A stretch of 64,000 nucleotides of DNA from NCBI GenBank assembly GCA_046583355.1, contig JAYGCM010000045.1, positions 1 through 64,000 on the forward strand, read 5' to 3'. The notes beneath the pieces were generated by a model that did no database searches, was not told the DNA's origin, and saw only the letters and a list, made by a program, of their open reading frames with translations. Positions within the stretch are counted from its first letter, which is position 1; every line of letters starts with the position of its first letter. This DNA comes from Deltaproteobacteria bacterium. GTDB taxonomy: Bacteria; Desulfobacterota; Binatia; UBA12015. This document shows positions 37,877-47,902 of this stretch, piece after piece. The position numbers were made by a program, and so were the translations under genes.

Positions 37877-40225
37877 TCAGCCGCGGCGCGGACGACGCTT
37901 GGTTCTTGCCGTCGCCGGGGCGGTCCAAGGATCTTCGGGCCAAGGGTGGCGCGGGTAGCGGCCACGGAGTTCCTTGCGAACCTCCGCGTAGGTGCTGTTC
38001 CAGAAACTCGCCAGATCCCGCGTAGTCTGAGTGGGACGTCCGTTGGGAGCCAGCAACTCCAACGTGACCGGCCGTGCCGGCCGGCCGATCTGCGGGCTCT
38101 CGGCCAGGCCGAAGAGCTCTTGGAGCTTGACGGCGAGCACGACCTCGCCACCCTCGCGATAGTCGAGCCGGTGCCGGTGACCACTCGGCACGGCCAGCGA
38201 TTCGGGTGCCAGGCGATCCAACTCAGCCCGCTGCCCATGCGGCAGCAAGGGCAGGAAATCGGCCTCGGGGAGCGACATGCGGCCGACCAAAAGCATTTCG
38301 GCCAGAGCGGCGAAATCCAGCTCGAGTCCCGCGATAGAGGCGCGTGCGCGCAGCATGCGCTCGGCCGCCCCCGGCTCGCGGCGCGCGAAGGCCTCACGCA
38401 GCAAGGGCGCGGCGGCATCGACATCCACCTTTGCTGGTTGCTCGCCGACCAACAATGCACCGATGCGGCGACGGCGCAGAGCACGGACACGGCCGGATTT
38501 CGCATCCAATTCATGCTCGACGATTTCTTCTGCCGGCGGCAGCCACTCCTTTTCAACGCGGCTCGCTACCTCCACGCGCGCCTCTGCACCCTCGCCGCGC
38601 CGCCCCGCACGCAACGCGATCGCCACCAGCCACTCGCCTTCGCGCACGCCGCTCGTCTCGGCCAGGCGCGCCCCGTGGCCGCCGGCCAGAAGCAGGCTGT
38701 CGCTGCCGGGTGTCCGACGCCGCGCCAAGCGGTCTGCATAACCGGCGAGCAAGGCCCGGCGCAGATCGTCATCGCTGGCCTCGCCCGCAGAGGCCGCGCG
38801 CGGCAATAGCCGGCCGGCGAGGCGTTCGATCTGGTCGGCCGCGCGGCGCAGCACATTGCCGCCGCGCGAGAAGTCCACCAGACCGGATAATACATCGCTC
38901 TCGGTTGTCGGTGCGAGCCCACGCTGACGCTGCGGCGGCCCCTCGGAGAGGATCGCACAAAGCTCCGCCGCACGGCGGCTCGGCCCCGCAGCAATGAGGA
39001 CACGTGCGAGCCGCGGCGCGATCGGCAGCCGGCGCATCGTGCGCCCGACCTCCGTGAGCTTACCGCCGTGCACCGCACCGAGTCCTTCCAACAGCGCCAT
39101 ACCCGCCTCGACTGCCTCGGTGCTCGGCGCCTCCAGCCAACCGAAGTTCCGGGGATCTTCCGACCACGCGAGAATCTCAAGCAGTGTCGGAGCGAGGTCG
39201 ATGCGGTGGATCTCAGGCTCGCGCGACGCGCGCAGCTCTTGAGCCGGATGCCAGAGCCGAATGGCCCGCCCCGGCCCGGTGCGCCCCGCACGACCTTTGC
39301 GCTGGGTTGCAGAATCCTGTGAGATACGCTCGGTCTCCAGTCGATCAATCCCGATCCGGCGATCCTGACGCATGGTCTTCTGCAACCCGGAGTCGACCAC
39401 CACCGTCACCCCGTCGATGGTCACGCTGGTTTCGGCCACATTGGTCGCGAGGATGATCTTGCGCACGCGACTCGGCGCGAGTGCCGCATCCTGCGCCTCC
39501 GCCGAGAGCGAGCCATGCAAGCGGTGGATGCGCGCGTCTCCCACCCTGCCCTGCAGCGCGCGCGCAGTCGCGTCGATCTCGCGCATGCCGGGCAAAAAGC
39601 AGAGCAGATGCCCCTCGCTCGTGGTCAGCTCCGCGCACAAAGCGTCGGCGGGCGAGACGCCGTCGCGGTATTCAACCTCAACCGGATACGGCCGGCCGGC
39701 GACTTCCACCACCGGGCAATCGCCGAGAAAACCCGAGTAGAGCCCGATATCGAGCGTTGCCGACATCACGACAAGACGAAAATCGTCACGAGCTTCGAGC
39801 ACCTCGCGCGCGAGCGCCAGCCCGAGGTCGATCTGCACGCTGCGCTCATGCACCTCGTCGAGCACCAGAGTGTGAAACTCCGAGAGCAGAGGGTCGTCCT
39901 GCAGGCGCGCCAGAAGAATCCCCTCCGTCACCACCAGAAGCTCGGTCTTTGCCGAGAATTTCTTCTCGAAACGAACCTGCCAGCCAACCTTGTCGCCGAC
40001 CCGCCCCCCGGCCTCTGTCGCTATGCGTCTGGCGACACCGCGGGCCGCTACCCGTCGCGGCTGGACCAGCAACACCTTGCCGTGGCCGAGCAGCGCCGGC
40101 GGCACCCGCGTCGTCTTGCCGGCCCCCGGCGGCGCCGTCACGACCACCGCCCTGGAGGCCGCCAGAGCGTCGCGCACCTTACCCAGCACGGCATCGATGG
40201 GAAGCGAGTTACGCGAGACGGCCAC
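37877..40225 (-). CDS. hrpB: ATP-dependent RNA helicase HrpB
   Basis: APPGAGKTT, DEVHER, MSAT, ATNVAETS, QRKGRAGR, C-terminal LRGRYPRHPWPEDP. GTG start preceded by AAGGAA. Confidence 0.95.
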   Translation of the reverse strand: MAVSRNSLPIDAVLGKVRDALAASRAVVVTAPPGAGKTTRVPPALLGHGKVLLVQPRRVAARGVARRIATEAGGRVGDKVGWQVRFEKKFSAKTELLVVTEGILLARLQDDPLLSEFHTLVLDEVHERSVQIDLGLALAREVLEARDDFRLVVMSATLDIGLYSGFLGDCPVVEVAGRPYPVEVEYRDGVSPADALCAELTTSEGHLLCFLPGMREIDATARALQGRVGDARIHRLHGSLSAEAQDAALAPSRVRKIILATNVAETSVTIDGVTVVVDSGLQKTMRQDRRIGIDRLETERISQDSATQRKGRAGRTGPGRAIRLWHPAQELRASREPEIHRIDLAPTLLEILAWSEDPRNFGWLEAPSTEAVEAGMALLEGLGAVHGGKLTEVGRTMRRLPIAPRLARVLIAAGPSRRAAELCAILSEGPPQRQRGLAPTTESDVLSGLVDFSRGGNVLRRAADQIERLAGRLLPRAASAGEASDDDLRRALLAGYADRLARRRTPGSDSLLLAGGHGARLAETSGVREGEWLVAIALRAGRRGEGAEARVEVASRVEKEWLPPAEEIVEHELDAKSGRVRALRRRRIGALLVGEQPAKVDVDAAAPLLREAFARREPGAAERMLRARASIAGLELDFAALAEMLLVGRMSLPEADFLPLLPHGQRAELDRLAPESLAVPSGHRHRLDYREGGEVVLAVKLQELFGLAESPQIGRPARPVTLELLAPNGRPTQTTRDLASFWNSTYAEVRKELRGRYPRHPWPEDPWTAPATARTKRRPRRG

Positions 40226-40366
40226 GTCGTTCCTTAGGGTTTGCAGGCACCCGGTCGCCACTGGAAGCTCGGCCTAAAGGTCGGACGGCATTCGAGGGCT
40301 GCTCGGTGACCTTCCGCACCCACCTGTCAACGTGACCTGATGAGACCGGACGGCTAGAGGTCGGCA

Positions 40367-41467
<1,101 letters not shown>

Positions 41468-41510
41468 GCGCAGTACGCCAAACAGCCCAGAACTCATGTT
41501 TTCGAGAGGG

Positions 41511-41588
41511 CATCAGGGGACGTTACTTACCTCACCCCGATTCCTTACCTCGCATCCTGCCGCTTGTGCTCCCGACCACGTAGCGAGA
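41511..41588. repeat. Left 78-bp inverted repeat (transposase 3'-end-like remnant)
   Basis: 67/78 ungapped identity, by hand alignment, to the reverse complement of 44421-44498. Confidence 0.85.
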
Positions 41589-41690
41589 AGTCTGGGCTTC
41601 GCTGATCCCGAGATGGCGTGACGCATCGGCCTGGCGCACAGCGCAATCGCGAACCGCCCGGACTATGAAGGCTCGATAGAACACGGCCGC
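41532..41690 (-). pseudogene. HTH-like C-terminal remnant, possibly of a REP-associated tyrosine transposase
   Basis: RAVRDCAVRQADASRHLGISEAQTSRYV reads as an HTH and is followed by ...ACGTCCCC. No catalytic domain is present. Confidence 0.4.
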
Positions 41691-41766
41691 CCAAGGGGCC
41701 GAGCCTGAGCGACCGCCGTGGCGCACCGGCTCGCGCTCGCTTTCAGATGCGCTACCGTCACCTCCG

Positions 41767-42561
41767 ATGCCGACCGACTTCACGACTTTACTCTGGCTGC
41801 TCAAGCTCGGAGCCCTGGTCAACCTCTACTTCCTCGCGCAAAGCCTGGCGCTCCCGCCCGCCATAGCCGACCCCCAGATCGTCGTTCCGGCACAGATCCT
41901 CTTCGCCGTCTCGGCCTACCGTTGCCTCTTCCCCAACCGCTACAAGAACAACGTCGTCTTCCACGCCACACCACTGTCTTCGACCCTGGTCACGCGCGTG
42001 CTCGCGACCGCCGTCGAGGTCGCCTGGATCTACCAATTTGCCTACGTGATCCGCCTGCTGAACGTCGATGACGTCGCCTGGGTGAACGTCCTCTCCTGGC
42101 TGATGCTCGCCCAGGTCGTGATCTCGCAGGGATTCGTCTGGGGTGCGATTCTCACCGGGCGCTTGGAACTCTATTTTTACGAAGAGCTCGGCTGGGGCCT
42201 GATTTTCGCAGCCAACACTCTCGCCAGCGCATTTCTCTACTGGACAATCGACTCATTGGGCGAACGCGAGATCCTGCTCCAGCTGAACCTGCTCTTCGGC
42301 TTGATCTACCTGCCGTGGCAACTCATCCACCTTCGCTGGCTCCGCGCCGACGCAAGAGCCGAAGCGGACCGTGCCGAAGCCCACGAAGCGGCAACCTGGG
42401 CATCGGTGCGCAAACGCCTGTACCAATCCTTGCACGAGACCAACCGAGCCACCGACGCGGCCTCGTGGGGCGGCGCCGTCGGCCTGGTCTGGATGACGGC
42501 CTATTGGGCCAGCCTGATCCCACTCTGGGTGCATCAGGTCGTGGTCGTCTTCGCGGGTTGA
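41767..42561 (+). CDS. Multi-pass membrane protein of unknown function
   Basis: 264 aa, about 7 hydrophobic segments, host-like codon usage. Confidence 0.8.
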   Translation: MPTDFTTLLWLLKLGALVNLYFLAQSLALPPAIADPQIVVPAQILFAVSAYRCLFPNRYKNNVVFHATPLSSTLVTRVLATAVEVAWIYQFAYVIRLLNVDDVAWVNVLSWLMLAQVVISQGFVWGAILTGRLELYFYEELGWGLIFAANTLASAFLYWTIDSLGEREILLQLNLLFGLIYLPWQLIHLRWLRADARAEADRAEAHEAATWASVRKRLYQSLHETNRATDAASWGGAVGLVWMTAYWASLIPLWVHQVVVVFAG

Positions 42562-42689
42562 GCGCCCCCCACACTCGCCCGGGATCGAGTCCCGCGACCG
42601 CCCTTGCCCAGCCGCCGGACTGCGTCCCGCTGCGCTGAGCCAACGGCGGACCCGGCATCCCCTCGACAGGCCCTCGTCTTCCGGAGAGC

Positions 42690-44297
42690 ATGTCTGCGAT
42701 GACACAAGCCAAACGCCGTCGGGCCGCCTGCCTTCTTTTCCCGCTCGCCGTAATTCTCGGCTTTGCGTCGGGTTGCGCCGATTCGGATGTCATCGGGGAG
42801 CCGCGCCCCCCGTGTCTGCCCGACGAATCGGCCGTTGCAATCCACACGACCGAATCCGGCCTGCGCTACGTCCGCACACCCGAGGAGCGCTTCGCCGATC
42901 TCCCCGGCTTCCCCTTCGAGCCGCACTACCGGACGATCGACGGCCTGCGCATGCATTATATTGACGAAGGTCCGGCCGACGGCGAAATCATATTGCTGCT
43001 ACACGGCCAGCCGAGTTGGTCCTACCTCTATCGCAAGATGATCACTTCACTGGCCGGCCTCGGTCGCCGCGTCATCGCCGTCGACTTCGTGGGACTCGGC
43101 CGCTCCGACAAGCCCATCGAGCTTGCGGCCTATACCTACGACCAGCACACGCAATGGGCCTGGCGCTTCATCCAGGATCTCGACCTGCAATCGATCACGC
43201 TCTTCGGCCAGGATTGGGGCGGCCTGATCGGCCTGCGTATCGCCGGCGAGCACCCCGAGCGCTTCGCCCGCATCGTCGCCGCCAACACGATGCTGCTATC
43301 GCTGCCGCCGGGTGCGAATCCATTTCAGCTTCCGACATCCACCGAGGTCGATTGCTCCCTGGGCGATTTCGAGGGTTTCGGAGACTTCGATCAGTGGATC
43401 GAGTGGGCGATGCGCACGCCGACATTCCGACCGAGCCAGGTTGTCGAGAGCGCCACCGAGATCGAACTGAGCGCAAGCGAAGCACGCGCCTATGACGCTC
43501 CCTACCCGAGTCGGCTCTACACCGCCGCTATCCGGCGCTTTCCCGCCATGGTTGCCGAGATTGAGGAGCAGGCCTCCGTCGCACTGGCCGGTCTGGCTGT
43601 GTACGACAAACCCTTCCTCACACTCTTCGGCGCGCTGGATCCCGTTCTCGGTTCCGAGGGCATGCAGAATGCCCTGATCGCGCTCGTGCCGGGTGCCCGC
43701 GGCCCCCACCATGACCGTTTTGCCGCGCAACATTTCCTCCAGGAGGATGTCGGAGTCGATCTCGGCGAGGCGATTCATTTCTTCATGATGGCTCACCCCG
43801 CCGGTCGCCCCGTCTGCTGGGTGCCGCCGGAGCCGGAGAGCGTTCTGGACTGCGTCGCCGTTTGCGATCATGTGTTTGCCTGCAACCCCGAAGGCTTCTC
43901 GGCGGGCTTCTGCCGCCAGACCTGCGGCGTCGTCCAGCCCTACCTGACCCTTGAGTCCTCCTCCGGCGTCATGCCGTGCCTGGTCGAGCGCGAATGCGAA
44001 AACTTCACGAATTTCGGCCAGCTGCTTGACGGTTGCATGCCGACCCTCTTCCCCACGCTCACAATCGCGCCGGGCAACGCCGAGGCATGTGCTACCATGA
44101 GTGCGGCAATTTCGGCCTGCGACCCGGAAAGTATCTTCGCTGCTGTCTGCTCCGGGCTCTCGTTCGTGCTCGGCAGTCAGACCGTCACGCGCATGAGCGA
44201 ATGCTCCGCTGTAAGCTGCGACGAAATGCGGGCCTGCTTCCTCGAGGCCAATTGCATGTTCACCTTCGACCAGCGCGGCGCGATCCCGCGGGAGTAG
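42690..44297 (+). CDS. Haloalkane dehalogenase-family enzyme with a lipoprotein-like signal and a Cys-rich C-terminal extension
   Basis: RTPEERF, LHGQPSWSYLYRKM, GQDWGGLIG, GALDP, HFLQED. N-terminus ...GFASGC; 16 Cys in the tail. Confidence 0.88.
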   Translation: MSAMTQAKRRRAACLLFPLAVILGFASGCADSDVIGEPRPPCLPDESAVAIHTTESGLRYVRTPEERFADLPGFPFEPHYRTIDGLRMHYIDEGPADGEIILLLHGQPSWSYLYRKMITSLAGLGRRVIAVDFVGLGRSDKPIELAAYTYDQHTQWAWRFIQDLDLQSITLFGQDWGGLIGLRIAGEHPERFARIVAANTMLLSLPPGANPFQLPTSTEVDCSLGDFEGFGDFDQWIEWAMRTPTFRPSQVVESATEIELSASEARAYDAPYPSRLYTAAIRRFPAMVAEIEEQASVALAGLAVYDKPFLTLFGALDPVLGSEGMQNALIALVPGARGPHHDRFAAQHFLQEDVGVDLGEAIHFFMMAHPAGRPVCWVPPEPESVLDCVAVCDHVFACNPEGFSAGFCRQTCGVVQPYLTLESSSGVMPCLVERECENFTNFGQLLDGCMPTLFPTLTIAPGNAEACATMSAAISACDPESIFAAVCSGLSFVLGSQTVTRMSECSAVSCDEMRACFLEANCMFTFDQRGAIPRE

Positions 44298-44322
44298 AAG
44301 ACCATCGCGGCTCAACAGAGCG

Positions 44323-44382
44323 TGGTCACGCGAGTGCTCGCAACCGCCGTCGAGGTCGCCTGGATCTACCAATTTGCCTACG
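44323..44382 (+). repeat. 60-bp direct copy of an internal segment (41987-42046) of the membrane-protein gene
   Basis: 58/60 identical; both differences are synonymous. Confidence 0.9.
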
Positions 44383-44420
44383 AGGAAATCGGCGATCAGC
44401 AGGAACCCTCCGTGCTGTCG

Positions 44421-44498
44421 TCCCGCTACTTGGCCGGGAGGACCAGCAGCAGGACGCGAGGTAAGGAATCGGGGTGGGGTAAGACACGTCCCCCGATG
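44421..44498. repeat. Right 78-bp inverted repeat
   Basis: Partner of 41511-41588; ends in ...AAGACACGTCCCCCGATG. Confidence 0.85.
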
Positions 44499-44509
44499 AC
44501 CGTCCCGAA

Positions 44510-44530
44510 TGCAGGCCTACTTTTCGGCCG
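44510..44530 (-). repeat. Dispersed 21-bp repeat, copy 2
   Basis: TGCAGGCCTACTTTTCGGCCG is the exact reverse complement of copy 1. Confidence 0.85.
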
Positions 44531-44549
44531 TGCCTCTAAAAGTCCGGCA

Positions 44550-44975
44550 TCACCGGGCGAGATCGTCGGCGGGGCGGAAAACCGGAAGGGCCAGATCTTC
44601 ATTGAGATCCTCGAAGGTCACCTGGACCGGCATCCCGATGGCAACCTTGTCGGGGGCGATATCGACCAGGTTGGTGAGCATCTGCACGCCTTCGTCCAAC
44701 AGCACGTAGGCCAGCACATAGGGCGTACGGCCGGCGAAGGCCGGTGCCTGATTCTGGTAGGTGATGGTAAAAGTATAGACCTCGCCGCGGCCGCTCGCGC
44801 CTACCCATTCGGTTTCGCTTGACAAGCACGCGGGGCAGAGCGCGCGAGGGTGGTAGCGCAAAGCGCCGCAGCTGCGGCAACGCTGCAGCACGAGCTCGTG
44901 GCGGCGGCACGCCTCCCAGAAACCGCGTGATTCTTCATTGACGCGAGGCAGGGATCGTTCGCTCATCGTCGCCAC
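44550..44975 (-). CDS. DUF35 Zn-ribbon/OB-fold protein
   Basis: FWEACRRHELVLQRCRSC...CPAC, GRGEVYTFT, IGMPVQVTF. Confidence 0.93.
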   Translation of the reverse strand: MATMSERSLPRVNEESRGFWEACRRHELVLQRCRSCGALRYHPRALCPACLSSETEWVGASGRGEVYTFTITYQNQAPAFAGRTPYVLAYVLLDEGVQMLTNLVDIAPDKVAIGMPVQVTFEDLNEDLALPVFRPADDLAR

Positions 44976-44979
44976 CTTG

Positions 44980-46131
44980 TCATGCCTGCCCCAGGATCAG
45001 CGTGGCGCCGGAATGCTGCACGCCGAGCCAACCGCCGGTACCATGACAAAGAGCAGTACGGGCGTTCTCGACTTGACGCGCGCCGGCCTCGCCACGCAAT
45101 TGTCGCACCGCCTCGATGACGAGGAAGATTCCGCGCATGCCAGGATGGTTCGACGAGAGCCCGCCCCCATCCGGGTTGACCGGCAAATGACCGGCCAGAC
45201 CGATGCCGCCTTTCTCGACGAAGGCACCCCCTTCGCCCGGCTTGCAGAAGCCGAGGTTCTCCAAGGTCGAGATCACAGTAATGGTGAAGGAGTCGTAGAT
45301 CATCGCGAGGTCGATCTCGTCGTGACCGATGCCGGCGCGCTCGAGCGCACGCGCGCCGGATTGGCGTGCCGCAATATCGAGGATATCGCGCTGCCCCATC
45401 CCATTATGACGCACCGCCGAACCGGTGCCGAGCAGGACCACCGACGGCCGCGGTAGATCGCGCGCATGCTCGGCCGAGGTCACGATGAGCGCACCGGCAC
45501 CATCGGAGATCATGCAACAATCGAGAAGATGAAGCGGCGAGGAGACCAGCCGCGACGCCAGCACATCGTCTACCGTGATCGGATCTCTATATTTGGCATG
45601 CTCGTTGAGCGCCGCATGTTGGCGCATCGTCACGGCCACCTCGGCGAGTTGCTCCGAGGTCGTGCCGAACTCATGCATATGGCGGTGCGCCACCATGCCG
45701 TAGGCACCGACGATGGTCGGCCCGTAAGGCGTTATGAACTCATCGGGCGGCTCGCCCCCGGTGGCGCCGCCCGTGCCGACCGCAAAGCGATCCGACGCCG
45801 CGGTACTCGCGTAGGTGATCAGAACGGTGCGACAGAGTCCGGCACGGATCGCCGCACCCGCATTGGCGACGTGGGCGACAAATGAAGAGCCGCCGATACT
45901 CGTCGAATCGACCCAATCCGGATTGAGATTCAGATGGTGGCACATCGACATCACGCCAATAGGCCCCACTCCGCTGGTCGCGTAACCATCGATATCGGCC
46001 AGCGTCAGGCCCGCGTCTTCCAGCGCGCCGCGCGCCGCCTCCGCGGCGAGCTGGTAGGCGGTTTTGTCCGGCGCAAAACGGCGTGGATGTTCATACACGC
46101 CGGCGATGGCGATCTCGCGATGCAGGCTCAT
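44980..46131 (-). CDS. SCP-x/Ltp2-type thiolase-fold protein
   Basis: IGGSSF (no catalytic Cys), PLHLLDCCMISDGAGA, YDSFT, VNPDGGGLSSNHPG; paired with DUF35. Confidence 0.9.
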   Translation of the reverse strand: MSLHREIAIAGVYEHPRRFAPDKTAYQLAAEAARGALEDAGLTLADIDGYATSGVGPIGVMSMCHHLNLNPDWVDSTSIGGSSFVAHVANAGAAIRAGLCRTVLITYASTAASDRFAVGTGGATGGEPPDEFITPYGPTIVGAYGMVAHRHMHEFGTTSEQLAEVAVTMRQHAALNEHAKYRDPITVDDVLASRLVSSPLHLLDCCMISDGAGALIVTSAEHARDLPRPSVVLLGTGSAVRHNGMGQRDILDIAARQSGARALERAGIGHDEIDLAMIYDSFTITVISTLENLGFCKPGEGGAFVEKGGIGLAGHLPVNPDGGGLSSNHPGMRGIFLVIEAVRQLRGEAGARQVENARTALCHGTGGWLGVQHSGATLILGQA

Positions 46132-46925
46132 GCGCAGACCTCCTCGAGGATCGCATTCACGGCGTCCGGGTTCTCCATCTGCGCCACATGCCCCGCCCTC
46201 TCGACCGTATCGACCGTGGTCCCCACAGCCACTGCCAGATCGTCGGCCGAGGCCGCCGACAGGAGGCGATCCTCCGCACCACGCACGACACGCACGGGAA
46301 CGTCCAATGTACCGAGCCGCGCGAAAATTTCTGCATCGCTTTGCAGACGCATATCCTGCAGGCGCACCCGCGGGTCGGTCTGCACCAAGGCACCGAAGAA
46401 GGCGCGCATCACCTCGGGCGCGGTACCCTTGGCGAAATAGGGAGTGTCAAAGAATTGGCCGCGCAAGCCGGAGGTGACGGCTGCCAATTTCTCGAGCTCG
46501 ACCTCGGGCATGGCGCAGCGCCGGCCGGTGCCGATCGTCACGACCGCGCGGACCCGTGCGGGGGCGGCAAGCGCCGCCGCGAGAGCGATCAGGCCGCCAA
46601 GCCCGTGCCCCACCACAACGGCGGGAGGCGCCGCCAGATGGCCAAGCGCGCGCAGCACAACGGCGGCCGCGTCCTCGATCGTCGCCGGCCCCGCAAGGCC
46701 GGTTGAGCGGCCATGCCCGGGCAAGTCGAGTGCGAGCGGGCTATGCGCGGCGGCGAAATGCGCGAGCTGTGGTGCGAAATGGGGCGCGCTGCCGCCCGCA
46801 CCCGCAACAAAAAGAAGCGCCGTACCGCGCGCCAGCGGCGGCGGCATATCGGGCAAAGTCGTCGTGCCGGAGTAGAGGCAGCGCAGCACCCTATCATCTC
46901 CGAGGTCGAGGAATTTCGTCGGCAC
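46128..46925 (-). CDS. Alpha/beta-hydrolase-fold protein lacking the nucleophile Ser
   Basis: DLPGHGRS, VVGHGLGG (Gly at the Ser position), GAEDRL, AGHVAQMENP; overlaps the thiolase start (ATGA). Confidence 0.85.
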   Translation of the reverse strand: MPTKFLDLGDDRVLRCLYSGTTTLPDMPPPLARGTALLFVAGAGGSAPHFAPQLAHFAAAHSPLALDLPGHGRSTGLAGPATIEDAAAVVLRALGHLAAPPAVVVGHGLGGLIALAAALAAPARVRAVVTIGTGRRCAMPEVELEKLAAVTSGLRGQFFDTPYFAKGTAPEVMRAFFGALVQTDPRVRLQDMRLQSDAEIFARLGTLDVPVRVVRGAEDRLLSAASADDLAVAVGTTVDTVERAGHVAQMENPDAVNAILEEVCA

Positions 46926-46995
46926 GCCTCTGCCTACCCCGCCGGACCCCGGCAGAGCAATCGCCGCGAAGGGGCGCCTGCCGAAACCGCTTTGA

Positions 46996-47870
46996 CTATA
47001 CGAGTACGGGGAGTGCCGCCGACAACCCGATCCCCACCAGGCAGAGAATTGTCAGGAAGGGAAAGCGCTTCGCCATATAGCCCCGCTGGAAAGGCTCGCT
47101 CAGTTTCCACATGCCCGCATCGAGGACGAAATGCGCCATGACCACGCCCAATCCGAGGGTGAAGAATTGGTTCTCGGTGCAGAGAAGAAGCGGGTAGCCG
47201 ACGGCCACCGTAATCAGCAGCATCGTCAGCATGGGACGCCAGTCAAATTTTGCGGGCGACGTGACACGGCCCAGGAAGACGAAATATTGCAACCCATGCG
47301 CCAGCGCGAAGCCCATAATCGCCGGGAACACATCATCAAATAAATAAAGGGGGAGATAGAAGGCCAGCCCGACGACCATCGCCACCGTGCGGATGGACGA
47401 GCCCGGCGAGCCTTGCCGCCAGACATCGAGAACCCAGATGCCCCAGCCGGCTGTCATCAAGCCGGCGGACAAAGCCCAGGGCGAAGCACCGAGAAAGGCC
47501 AGCGAGGGCGAGTTCATCATCTGGACGATGCCGACAATCCCCGCGGCCGAGGTCAGCTGCAGGGCGCGCGCTTCGGCCGGCCGCACCGAGGCGCCCTCCG
47601 CACGGCCGAGGAAACTCAGAATTCCGTAATTCTGCCGGGAATAATGATGCGCCTGCCAGGCCCAATATCCACCGATGAGCAGAAGGCTGATGGCGTCGCG
47701 CAGCTCGCCTTCGCCCAACCCCCCGGCCATCGAGGTCGCGAGCGGAAAGCCGACGATGATGGCGAGTACCGCGACGACAAAACGACGGGGGCGCTGGTAC
47801 AGCAGGAAAGGACGCGTTTCGGCGTCGGCATAGAAATAGAAGCTGGCAGCCACATGCGCTTGCGAACCGG
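46996..47870 (-). pseudogene. His-motif membrane protein, apparently 5'-truncated
   Basis: Motifs HVAAS, WQAHHYSRQNYG, HGLQY and HFVLDAGMW. It lacks a credible start and abuts the divergent GST-like gene. Confidence 0.5.
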
Positions 47871-47902
47871 CCGAGTTGCGCGGAAAGCGCCGCATCGCTT
47901 CG

